In this document: positions 11,071-19,636 of the stretch, in pieces
Position numbering within the stretch: the stretch's first letter is position 1
How the letters are laid out: each line of letters starts with the position of its first letter
Source of the DNA: Negativicutes bacterium
GTDB taxonomy: Bacteria; Bacillota; Negativicutes; UBA1444
DNA: 64,000 nucleotides
Direction: 5' to 3'
NCBI GenBank assembly: GCA_963665275.2
Contig: CAXXIN010000014.1
Location: forward strand, 64,001-128,000
Translations under genes and position numbers: made by a program
Notes under the pieces: generated by a model
Databases searched by the model: none
Told to the model about the DNA's origin: nothing
Seen by the model: only the letters and a program-made list of their open reading frames with translations

Positions 11071-12768
11071 ATGGAAGTAGCCATGTTGCAAAACATGATC
11101 TCCGCCGGTGAACAGTTGTCGGTTGAGTTTAAATCAGACCGTAGCGGTTCCCGGGGTGAGCATATGCTGGGAGAAGAAACGATCTTGAGCGAAGCGGTGG
11201 CGTTGGCCAACTCCGGTGGCGGCTATTTGCTCATTGGGGTGGAAGATGATGGCAAGGTAACCGGCTTGAATTCTCAGCGCAGTGACCAGCGTCCGGAAGC
11301 CTTGCAGGCATTCATTTTTAATAAAACGCAGCCACCGATTTCGACTGAAACCGAAGTCGTTTCCCATGCGGATGGGAGTGTGATGGTGGTTCGGGTGCTT
11401 TCGATGCATGGCGTGGTTTATGCTACAATGTCTGGCAAAATGCTGCGCCGCGAAATGACTGCGCAAGGACCGGAGACTCGGATAATGTACCCTTATCAGG
11501 TGATCAGCCTGCTTTCACAACAACGGCAGATCGATTACTCGGAACAGATCCTGCATGATTTGGACTGGACGGCACTCGATCCGCTGGAACTCGAACGGGC
11601 GAAGCAAATGGTGGAACGAAATGCGGGTCGCAGCGATGCTTCGCTGGTGGGGCTGGATGCGGTTGAATTGGCCAAGGCGCTGGGGCTGGTTGTGACGGAT
11701 GGCAGCGTTTTGCGTCCCACCATTGCAGGACTACTGGTTGCAGGGCGGGAGGCGGTCTTGCGCCGGTACTTGCCAATGCATCACGTGCTTTTTCAGCGGA
11801 TCGATGAACGGGATGAAGTGCGGATAAACGATTCCTTCCGACAGGCGCTTCTCTCGACCCTGGACGCGGTTGAACAGCGGTTTGCCGCTCAAAATCAGGA
11901 ACAAGAGGTCATGGTGGGCTTGTTTCGACTGTCAATTCCTGATTATTCACAGATGGGCTTTCGTGAGGCCTTGCTGAACGCGATAGTTCATCGTGATTAT
12001 GCGGTCCGGGGCGAAGTTTTTATCCAGTGGCGACCGGATCATTTATTGATTACGAATCCGGGTGGCTTCATGCCAGGAATTACTTTGGAAAACCTTATAT
12101 ACCATGAGCCGTTGTCGCGCAACCCTTTGTTGGTCGATATTTTCAAGCGACTGGGACTGGTGGAACGGACGGCTCGGGGAGTGGATCGGATTTTTCAGGG
12201 TCAATTGCGGTTTGGGAGACCGGCGCCAGACTATTCGCGTTCGGATGCTTCCGGTGTGCGGGTGCTGTTGCCTGGCGGCAGGCCTTCGCTGGAGTTTGCC
12301 CGACTGGTGTATCAGGAAGAAAAAGCAATGGGAAAAACACTGCCGCTGGACCAGCTGATGGCATTAAACCACTTGTTTTTCTGCCGACGCACAGATGCAG
12401 AAACCTTGGCTAAGGCGATCCATCGAGATGTGAACGCGGCGCGGGCTTTGCTGGAGAATTTGGTGGAACAAGGCTGGGTGGAAGCTTCCGGCAATAAAAA
12501 AGGCCGCACTTATCACTTCGCAGCCAAAGTCTATGCTGCGGAGGGTAATCCGGCGGGATACGTGCGGGCGGCCGGGCTGGATCCTGAGGAACAGGAACAA
12601 CGGGTACGAAAATTTGTTAAGGCGCATGGGAGAATAGAGAGGAAGAACGTGATGGATCTTTGCAAGGTGGATGCGTCGGATGCTTTCCGAATTCTTCAAC
12701 GGCTTGTTAGCGCTGGCGAAATCGTCTTGGTAGGCAAAGGACGCAGTGCCTACTATCGAAAAAAATAG
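11071..12768 (+). CDS. Schlafen/AlbA_2 domain + RecG-C/HATPase_c_4-like domain + C-terminal wHTH protein
   Basis: VEFKS, AVALANSGGGYLLIGVEDDG, REALLNAIVHRDY, ITNPGG, RNPLL..IFKRLGLVERTARGV, terminal GKGRSAYY; GGAGG before ATG 11071. Confidence 0.85.
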   Translation: MEVAMLQNMISAGEQLSVEFKSDRSGSRGEHMLGEETILSEAVALANSGGGYLLIGVEDDGKVTGLNSQRSDQRPEALQAFIFNKTQPPISTETEVVSHADGSVMVVRVLSMHGVVYATMSGKMLRREMTAQGPETRIMYPYQVISLLSQQRQIDYSEQILHDLDWTALDPLELERAKQMVERNAGRSDASLVGLDAVELAKALGLVVTDGSVLRPTIAGLLVAGREAVLRRYLPMHHVLFQRIDERDEVRINDSFRQALLSTLDAVEQRFAAQNQEQEVMVGLFRLSIPDYSQMGFREALLNAIVHRDYAVRGEVFIQWRPDHLLITNPGGFMPGITLENLIYHEPLSRNPLLVDIFKRLGLVERTARGVDRIFQGQLRFGRPAPDYSRSDASGVRVLLPGGRPSLEFARLVYQEEKAMGKTLPLDQLMALNHLFFCRRTDAETLAKAIHRDVNAARALLENLVEQGWVEASGNKKGRTYHFAAKVYAAEGNPAGYVRAAGLDPEEQEQRVRKFVKAHGRIERKNVMDLCKVDASDAFRILQRLVSAGEIVLVGKGRSAYYRKK

Positions 12769-12862
12769 AGGCTCCGTTGGTTGCCTTTTTTGCGTGTTTC
12801 TGTGCGTTTATTTGTGCGTTTACCCGCTGGTAATGGCGAAATATCAAGTGTTATAGAAAATA

Positions 12863-12912
12863 TTTATTGCGAGCATTAAACGCACAATTGAGCGTTTAAT
12901 GCTCGCAATAAA
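12863..12912. repeat. 50-bp near-perfect palindrome
   Basis: TTTATTGCGAGCATTAAACGC-A-CAATTG-A-GCGTTTAATGCTCGCAATAAA (21-bp perfect arms). Confidence 0.9.
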
Positions 12913-13200
12913 CGAAATTCTTATAATCCAATCTTGGCTAAAAAAGCAATTAGGTAAATAAAAAACGCAATTAGAATTTCAGCGCAGGTCACAAATTCAG
13001 TAAAATGGGCCTATCTCGTATTTACACAAAGCGATGGAATAAATTGCGTATTTCAGCGACAGGTAAATAGAAAAAGGCTTAGCCCAGCGCTGCATACTAG
13101 AGGGGAATGGAATTGCAATTAATTGTAAAATGGGGAGTTGCGCGCCACTCGCGTCCCTGCGGGCCGGGCTGCGATCCGCTGCGCGGCTCTCCGCTCCCGG

Positions 13201-13318
13201 TCCTCGGGCCGCTCTCGTTACTGCTCCCGCCACCGGTCCCAAGCCTCTCAATGAATCCTGCCCGCTTCCGAAGAAACGCGCCAACATAGTGCCAGCCTCG
13301 TCAGTCCGCCGCCACCGC
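13201..13318. repeat. Copy B of the diverged GC-rich non-coding repeat
   Basis: Same four conserved blocks as 10805-10919. Confidence 0.85.
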
Positions 13319-13616
13319 AGCCGAAACGTCGGCCACGGTCGCGGCTTTTGCATTGCACCGCTGCGTCTTCGCCTGCGCTCTGGTTGCTCCCTTCGGGGGA
13401 AGGCGTCGTGGCTTGCGCCACCACGCCCGCGCTGCCGAAGTGCTCTGCCCGATCCGTCGGCGTAATTCGCCCCGGCACCTTCGGTCCCGGTCCGGATCAC
13501 TCCTCCTTACTGCCAGCCGCCCGCTACTGCCTGGGAGAGCAGCCACCGCACCCGAAGCGTCGGGCACGGTAGCTGCCGGGGCGGCTCCCGGTCGTTATCG
13601 CCAACATCACCGCCAG

Positions 13617-13716
13617 GCATCCGATAACATCCCGTTATGTATAGTTGTCCGCTGCGCGGCTACCGCTCGCTTTGCTGCGCGCCCTACGGGTCTACATAAC
13701 GAATGTTATCCGACGC
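13617..13716. other. attC-like imperfect palindrome
   Basis: GCATCCGATAACATCCCGTTATGTAT ... CTACATAACGAATGTTATCCGACGC: outer TAAC/GTTA boxes, inner GTTATGTA/TACATAAC boxes, asymmetric spacer. Confidence 0.45.
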
Positions 13717-13985
13717 TTCTGGCTGGTTTGGGTGGCGGCACACGAGAGGATTTGCCCTGCGGGCCGCCGCCTTTGCCGGCTGGGTCAGGTAGGCATCTGA
13801 ATTGCGTCGCTGTGCGCGGGCTCCAGATCGGCTGCGCCGCTCTTCCCGCTCCGTGCTCGCGCCACCTTTGCAACTGTAATTTATTTAAAAAGAAAGACCG
13901 CCGGAAAAGGCGATCGAAAATTCACGATGCGAAACGAAAAACTGCCGCAGGGACAGGCGCGAAAGCTTGTGCCGCAGGCAGTTTG

Positions 13986-14114
13986 TTTTTTTGCCCTCTC
14001 ATTTTAGCCGCTTTTACTATTTTGGCAAGGGCAGAGCTGCTGCGCAGCCGGTCGCTCACGCGCCCGCCCCTTGCCAACCTGATAGGAGCGGCTACGGAGT
14101 AACCAGCAAAAAAA
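13986..14114. promoter_or_regulatory. Frpo/ssi-like single-stranded-DNA promoter hairpin
   Basis: Nested arms TTTTTTTGC/GCAAAAAAA, TAGCCGCT/AGCGGCTA, CTAT/ATAG, TTGGCAAGGG/CCCTTGCCAA. The left arm on the minus strand reads TTGCCA-N16-TAAAAT. Confidence 0.55.
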
Positions 14115-14182
14115 GTTTGCCAGGGAGCGGGAGGCTGGCGACAGCTGGGCGACACACTCAAAAAGATGGGAGGCTGCACAAC

Positions 14183-14470
14183 ATGGAAAAATCGTTTAGT
14201 ATTTTGGAGAACCGGCAGAAAAGTGTCGAGGACATGCTGGAGGTGCTGCTGGAGCTGGACCAGATTCTGTACAAGCCCGACGGGCTGCCGTATGTGCTGG
14301 AGCGACATGAGCAGATGCAGCGGAAAATTGCCAGTGCGCGGGAGGAGATCGCGTTTTTGACAGAAGAGATAGCGCTGGCGGAAGCAAAACGGCAGCGGCG
14401 CCAGGAACGAGTGGAGCAGGCAGCTCGTCGTTTGCAGCGGAGAAGGGAAAGAAACAGGGGGCTGAACTGA
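14183..14470 (+). CDS. Small coiled-coil hypothetical protein
   Basis: GGGAGG RBS before ATG 14183; 95 aa, charged and helical; lies just downstream of the ssDNA-promoter-like hairpin. Confidence 0.65.
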   Translation: MEKSFSILENRQKSVEDMLEVLLELDQILYKPDGLPYVLERHEQMQRKIASAREEIAFLTEEIALAEAKRQRRQERVEQAARRLQRRRERNRGLN

Positions 14471-14992
14471 TATGCGGAAATGCTACGCATTTTTGGTAAT
14501 CGTGCTGTGGGTTTGTCTCTGCTTCGGTAGGCGGGGGACTAGTGGTGAGCGTTTTGAAATTTTTCCAATGGACAGGATGGCCGCCATCCTGTCCAGGGCG
14601 GGAATAGGGAAAACGGCGAAATTGTAAAAAGGTCGAGAAAAAACGTCTTCGCAGGATGCGTTTTAAAGCCTGTTAGAAAGTTTGCATGGGGTCGACCTAG
14701 TGGCCCCAGTTTCTTTTTTCGTAGCCTGCAAAAAAAATGGAGTTTGTTCGCTTTTAAGGGAGCTATTTATCGAACCTACATGCGCAAATATATGTTCGAT
14801 ATAGTAAGGCCAAACAGTGGGAAAATGATGCGTTGAATTCCCTTTGTGTTTGAGAAGACTTGCAGGATATTTGGATTATTATAGGAATTATTACTAAGTA
14901 CGGGAGGTATATGAGTGTAAGAGATGCGAAGACTGACCGCATCGTCAAACTTTAATAGATTGTTGAATTTTACAGGGAGGAACAATGACATT

Positions 14993-16828
14993 ATGAGGAT
15001 AACAAAAATCAATATACCTGAAATCGAATTCCAAGAAGATGGGCTCGGAACTATTATCATGGATCGACTTGGTGACACGGTGCTGATCGCTGGACGGAAC
15101 GGATCGGGGAAAACAAGACTATTAAATAGGATAAGATACTGTATCACCAATCGACCTGATTCCAATGAAATTATGAATTTGGAGAATAATCTCAGGTCTT
15201 GGATTAAGGCACTGGAAAATCAGCCGGACGATCCAAATGCTATGCAATGGAAAAATGCAATTGAAAATAACAAAAAGAGACTTTGTCTTATTGACTATAT
15301 AACCTTTTCAGAAGAAGCAGAAAAGTATATTGTTGTTGATTTTGTACCTAAAAAACTAGAGTTGGCCGATAGCGGAGCGTTGCCTCTCAATACCTTGATT
15401 GAACGCGCGAATAATTTGTCTCAAATAGGCGTTAGTAACCTTGCAGATGGTGCATTTGCGAGAATTCAATTTGAGCAGAACGCATACTGGCAGGTAACCC
15501 ATCCTGAATATACTATTGAGGAAGTCGAAAGAAATAGAATCATCGAATCGTACAAAGCTCTTTAACAATTGATAAAATCTCTTATGGGGTGTGATCTAAC
15601 TCGTTCACCTGAGGGTATCGCTCAGATATTCGGTTTTCCTTTGGGAAAAGCTAATTTATCAGATGGACAAAAAGTGTTATTGCAATTATGCGTAGCTATT
15701 CATTCTCAAGGAGCGTCTTTGAACAGTTTAATATTATTGATGGATGAGCCTGAAAACCACTTGCATCCATCATTATTGATAGAAGTAATAGATAAAATAC
15801 GAGAACAGGTTACAGAGGGTCAATTATGGATAGCGACACATTCTCTTACGCTATTGTCTCATCTGGATACATCTTGTATATGGTATATGGATGATAACAA
15901 AATTGGCTACTCTGGAAGACAACCTGAAAAAGTACTGCGAGGTCTACTCGGCAATGAGATTCAGATTAGTAGGTTTGCTGATTTCCTGAGCTTGCCTGCA
16001 CATTTTGCAGCTAACCGCTTCGCTTATGAATCGCTATTCCAGCCAAGCGCAACGCAAACTGACATCGGAGATGCTCAAACCTCGCAAATTACAGGTGAAT
16101 TAAGAAGGTATAAGCCCGGCGAAAGTATTAGAGTGATTGATTATGGTGCGGGTAAAGGTCGGCTGGCCGATGCCGTTTTTTACTCAGATAGCTTAGAGGA
16201 CAAAAATTCAATTTCAAATTGGTTCGATTATATTGCGTTTGATGCCTTTGCTGAAGATAAATGCTACTGCGAAATGGCCATTCAAAGAATATATGGGACA
16301 TCAGAAAATCGATATTTTAATGACGAGTATCAAGTGTTGGGGCGCTTTGGCGAAAATAGTGTTGACGTTGTTGTCATGTGTAATGTATTGCATGAAATCC
16401 CACCTACTGATTGGCTCAGACTGTTTTCAACAGAGGAATTAATCGTGAAGTGTCTAAAAAACGATGGCGTAGTGCTTCTTGTTGAAGATCTTCTGTTGCC
16501 AGTTGGTGAAAAGCCACATCGAAATGGATTTTGTGTTTTAGGGTTGTCTCAAGTAAAAGCCTTATTCCAGATTGAAGAGAACTGTGAAGGGTTTCGTTAT
16601 GCAGATGCAAGGGGAGATAATAGGCTTGTAGCATATCAGATCCCTAAATCTCATTTATCGAGAATAAGTAGTAACTCCCGTAAAAATGCACTTCAGGGCA
16701 TAGCAGCGCAGGCTAAATCGGAAATAAGAAGACTTAGATCTGCAGAAGCCAGTTATAAAAACGGGAAATTACTTGGATTTTGGGTACAACAGTTTGCAAA
16801 TGCACAATTGTGTTTGGAGGAGATATGA
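14993..16828 (+). pseudogene. ABC/AAA_21-type ATPase fused to a class I SAM-dependent methyltransferase domain, interrupted by in-frame TAA at 15563-15565
   Basis: Walker A GRNGSGKT before the stop. LSDGQK, LLMDEPENHLHP and WIATHS follow in the same frame, then VIDYGAGKGRL and DVVVMCNVLHEI. Confidence 0.8.
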
Positions 16829-16869
16829 GAAGACGAGGTAAAAGGATTTGAAATTTGGGGGGTTGAAAA

Positions 16870-18483
16870 ATGCAGTGTCCGGTTTGCAAAACGCAGGATC
16901 AAGTTCAAAAAGTTTCGGCAATAGTATCCGCTGGTACCAGCACGTCAAAAACGACAGGGAGCGCTGTGACAGTGGGAGTTACGTCGGCTTTGCAGCTCGG
17001 AGCGGCGCGCACTTCGATTAAGACTAATTCAACCTCATCAAGCGTATTGGCTCAGAAAGTGGCAGTACCCATAAACAACAATACCAGATCGAAAAACGCA
17101 TGTGCAGTGTTCTCTGGGGTGTTCATTATAGGGTATATACTCATGTTGGTTATTGGGATTAGTGCGAAAGGAAACATGCCGCCAATAATGTTTGTTATTG
17201 CAGTGATTGCCGCCGTAATTGCTTATCTTGCTTCAGCCCCTGAGGGTGAAGTCGCAACGCAGAAACATGAAATCGCTCTTCAAATATGGAATGACCTCAA
17301 TTATTGTCATCGCTGTGATGTGGTTTTTACTTCAGCAGGTTCGCATGTTCGTTTGGATCGAATCAACGAACTATTATTTCCGCCGGCGCAGACATATAAA
17401 ACGATAAGCCCGCAGGTGAACGGCATAATGGCTTTGAACGAGACGGCGGAAACAAAACTATTAATGGCTGCTAAGAGAGGGGATATACATGTTTTGCGGC
17501 ACCAATTAAAAATTGGGGCAGATATTAACACTAGAGATAGAGATGGCGCAACGGCGCTGATACTGGCGACCCGCGACAACTATGGTAACATTGTTCGGGT
17601 GCTAGTAAATCGCGGGGCAAGTGTACATTTAAAAGCTCATAATGGCGATACGGCATTAGGGGTTGCGACTAAGAATGCGCTGTCGGAAATTATTCAAATA
17701 CTACAAGAGGTGAGTACAAAGGGTGCGAATAGTTCGACCGATAGACTCGAATCAGTATCTCAAACACGAATGGGAAACGACAAGTTACTGTCCGGGGATG
17801 ATGAATGTGAAGTCGCCAAGCAAAAGCAGTTGACGGACCCAGGTAGCCTCGCGAATGCGAAGACGAAAGATGAGATTATGGAGGCTGTTTTTGCGAATAC
17901 AGCTTTGATGATTGCTGCGGAAGAGGGCAATTTGGCTGAGGTACGAAAACTTTTGAAGCAAGGTTCAGACATAAACGAAACAAATTGTCAACAAGAATCG
18001 GCTTTAATGCTTGCGGCTGGCGCTGGACATTTTGCAGTAATAAGCGAGCTCCTGCAAAATGGTGCAGGAACAAATGTGAATGATTGTGATCTGTTCTTAA
18101 ACATGTCGGCCTTACACAAAGCGGCGGAGATCGGCGATGTAAAAATTATCCACGAATTGCTGAAGCATGGTGCAAACGTGAATAATGCGGGGAAAGGCCT
18201 TGGACAAACGGCCCTGACATTTGCAGTTTCCAATGGACATGAGGCTGCTGTTCGCGAGTTGTTGAATCAGGGAGCGGATGTAAACGCAAAATGGATTGAG
18301 GGAACAACAGCATTGATGCTGGCGGCTATATCTGGTGATGTAGCAATAACGAAATTACTGCTGGAAACTGGTGCAAACCCCAAAGCAAAAGGAAGTGATG
18401 GTTTAACCGCTTTTAATCTTGCGTATAAACATGATCATGGAGACGTTGTTGATATACTTAAAGTTGCAGAAGGAAGAATATGA
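16870..18483 (+). CDS. Membrane-anchored ankyrin-repeat protein with N-terminal Cys pairs
   Basis: CPVC and CHRC flank two TM helices; multiple ankyrin repeats (GATALILA, GDTALGVA, TALMIAA, SALHKAA, GTTALMLAA) in two clusters. Confidence 0.9.
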   Translation: MQCPVCKTQDQVQKVSAIVSAGTSTSKTTGSAVTVGVTSALQLGAARTSIKTNSTSSSVLAQKVAVPINNNTRSKNACAVFSGVFIIGYILMLVIGISAKGNMPPIMFVIAVIAAVIAYLASAPEGEVATQKHEIALQIWNDLNYCHRCDVVFTSAGSHVRLDRINELLFPPAQTYKTISPQVNGIMALNETAETKLLMAAKRGDIHVLRHQLKIGADINTRDRDGATALILATRDNYGNIVRVLVNRGASVHLKAHNGDTALGVATKNALSEIIQILQEVSTKGANSSTDRLESVSQTRMGNDKLLSGDDECEVAKQKQLTDPGSLANAKTKDEIMEAVFANTALMIAAEEGNLAEVRKLLKQGSDINETNCQQESALMLAAGAGHFAVISELLQNGAGTNVNDCDLFLNMSALHKAAEIGDVKIIHELLKHGANVNNAGKGLGQTALTFAVSNGHEAAVRELLNQGADVNAKWIEGTTALMLAAISGDVAITKLLLETGANPKAKGSDGLTAFNLAYKHDHGDVVDILKVAEGRI

Positions 18484-18539
18484 TACCGTAAAGTGACGTG
18501 ACTCTGAAGCTCACTTAAGAAAGGTTGCGTGATGAATAC

Positions 18540-18938
18540 GTGGGACAGTTTGGAAGTGCCTCTATCTTGGCGGTTGATATATGCAAACGGGATGCGCTTT
18601 CCCCGGAAGTTGCTTGGCGTATCGCCTGTGGCGAAAAGATATCTAGTATAAACAGCAGAAATAAAGGATGCCCAAGGGCCACTTTTTTGGGGATGGTTTA
18701 CGCAGGTTTGATCAACGGGATTTCCACTGGTGTAGATGCTTGTTGTCAAAGTTCGAAAAATGGACAGTATGCTTTTGTTGCTGTAGGCGTTCTTCGTGAA
18801 TCCCCAATGCTTGCCAAGAACAAAAATGCTCTATGGAAAACCGTAATGGGTAAATTGGGCCAAGCAAGTAATAAGGCGCAAAACAATCAAATGGATATAG
18901 TAATTTCCCTGTGGAATCAAGGATTGGTCAATACATAA
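18540..18938 (+). CDS. Hypothetical protein (DUF6979-like)
   Basis: KGCPRATFLG, SKNGQYA and NNQMDIVISLW motifs resemble this family from memory; start uncertain (18525 or 18540). Confidence 0.6.
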   Translation: MGQFGSASILAVDICKRDALSPEVAWRIACGEKISSINSRNKGCPRATFLGMVYAGLINGISTGVDACCQSSKNGQYAFVAVGVLRESPMLAKNKNALWKTVMGKLGQASNKAQNNQMDIVISLWNQGLVNT

Positions 18939-19334
18939 ACGGTAAAACAAGACCCGCTCTATGCACGTATTTAGTGGTGGTACAGATAGGGTAGTTAGGA
19001 CGATAAAGTGGGCTCAAGAATCTTATAAACATGGGTTCAGCAACCATTAAAATGTATCTTTGGTTAAATCGTGAGAATGCCAATTTTTAACGGAGTATTA
19101 TCAAGCGACTTCCTCCCTTGGTTTTTAAATTACATTCAAGTGATCAAATCAAAGGTGAGAGAAACACAAAGATGTTGTCTATTACCAATGGACGTTTGTT
19201 GCGTATATCCGAATTTTCTTTCTAAAAGTCTTCTAAAAATCGATTCAAAACCCGTCACTATTCATCTCTCGGAAAGTGAATTCGTGGCGCGCCAATACTG
19301 AAAAGGCATTACGCATCTCGATGACCTCGCGCAT

Positions 19335-19379
19335 CTCTTAATCAGAGGGTTCCGGGTTCGAGTCCCGGGTGGGTCACCA
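19335..19379 (+). repeat. attR-like duplicated 3' half of tRNA-Lys(CTT)
   Basis: CTCTTAATCAGAGGGTTCCGGGTTCGAGTCCCGGGTGGGTCACCA gives anticodon loop, T-arm and CCA, with no matching 5' half upstream. Confidence 0.85.
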
Positions 19380-19388
19380 GCTAATTCG

Positions 19389-19421
19389 ACGCTTCCAGGC
19401 GCTTTGCCTGGAAGCGTTTTT
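19389..19421 (+). terminator. Intrinsic terminator after the tRNA-Lys fragment
   Basis: ACGCTTCCAGGC-GCTTT-GCCTGGAAGCGT followed by a T run. Confidence 0.75.
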
Positions 19422-19636
19422 CTGTTTTCGGACTAGCAGCACAGTGAAAGGGGGGGGGATAAGAGCGGATCGAACAATGGGGACGTTGCGTTGGCTGAAC
19501 CAGCAAATATATTTCAATGTGTATATGATGGTACAATGTTGCCATGGGCAGACAAGGACTATACTGAATCAAGCCAAATTACATTTCCAAGTGTAATCTG
19601 GAGAAAACAACAAAATCAATATCAAGGAGGAGACCT

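Larger units (their letters stand above)
1..19379. mobile_element. Defence-rich genomic island integrated at tRNA-Lys(CTT); left end lies upstream of the window
   Basis: Ends at an isolated tRNA 3' half (19335-19379) followed by a terminator. Content is RM, CBASS-like, Schlafen and other accessory genes of mixed GC. Housekeeping genes resume after it. Integrase and attL are not in the window. Confidence 0.65.

Noticed and set aside
12997-14102. ORFs 12997-13500(-), 13130-13465(+) and 13353-14102(+) as proteins
   Set aside because: Arg/Ala/Pro-rich translations without RBS or motifs, typical of stop-poor GC-rich structured DNA.
19300-19379. Intact tRNA-Lys gene
   Set aside because: There is no 5' acceptor strand or D-arm upstream of the anticodon loop, so it is treated as an att remnant.
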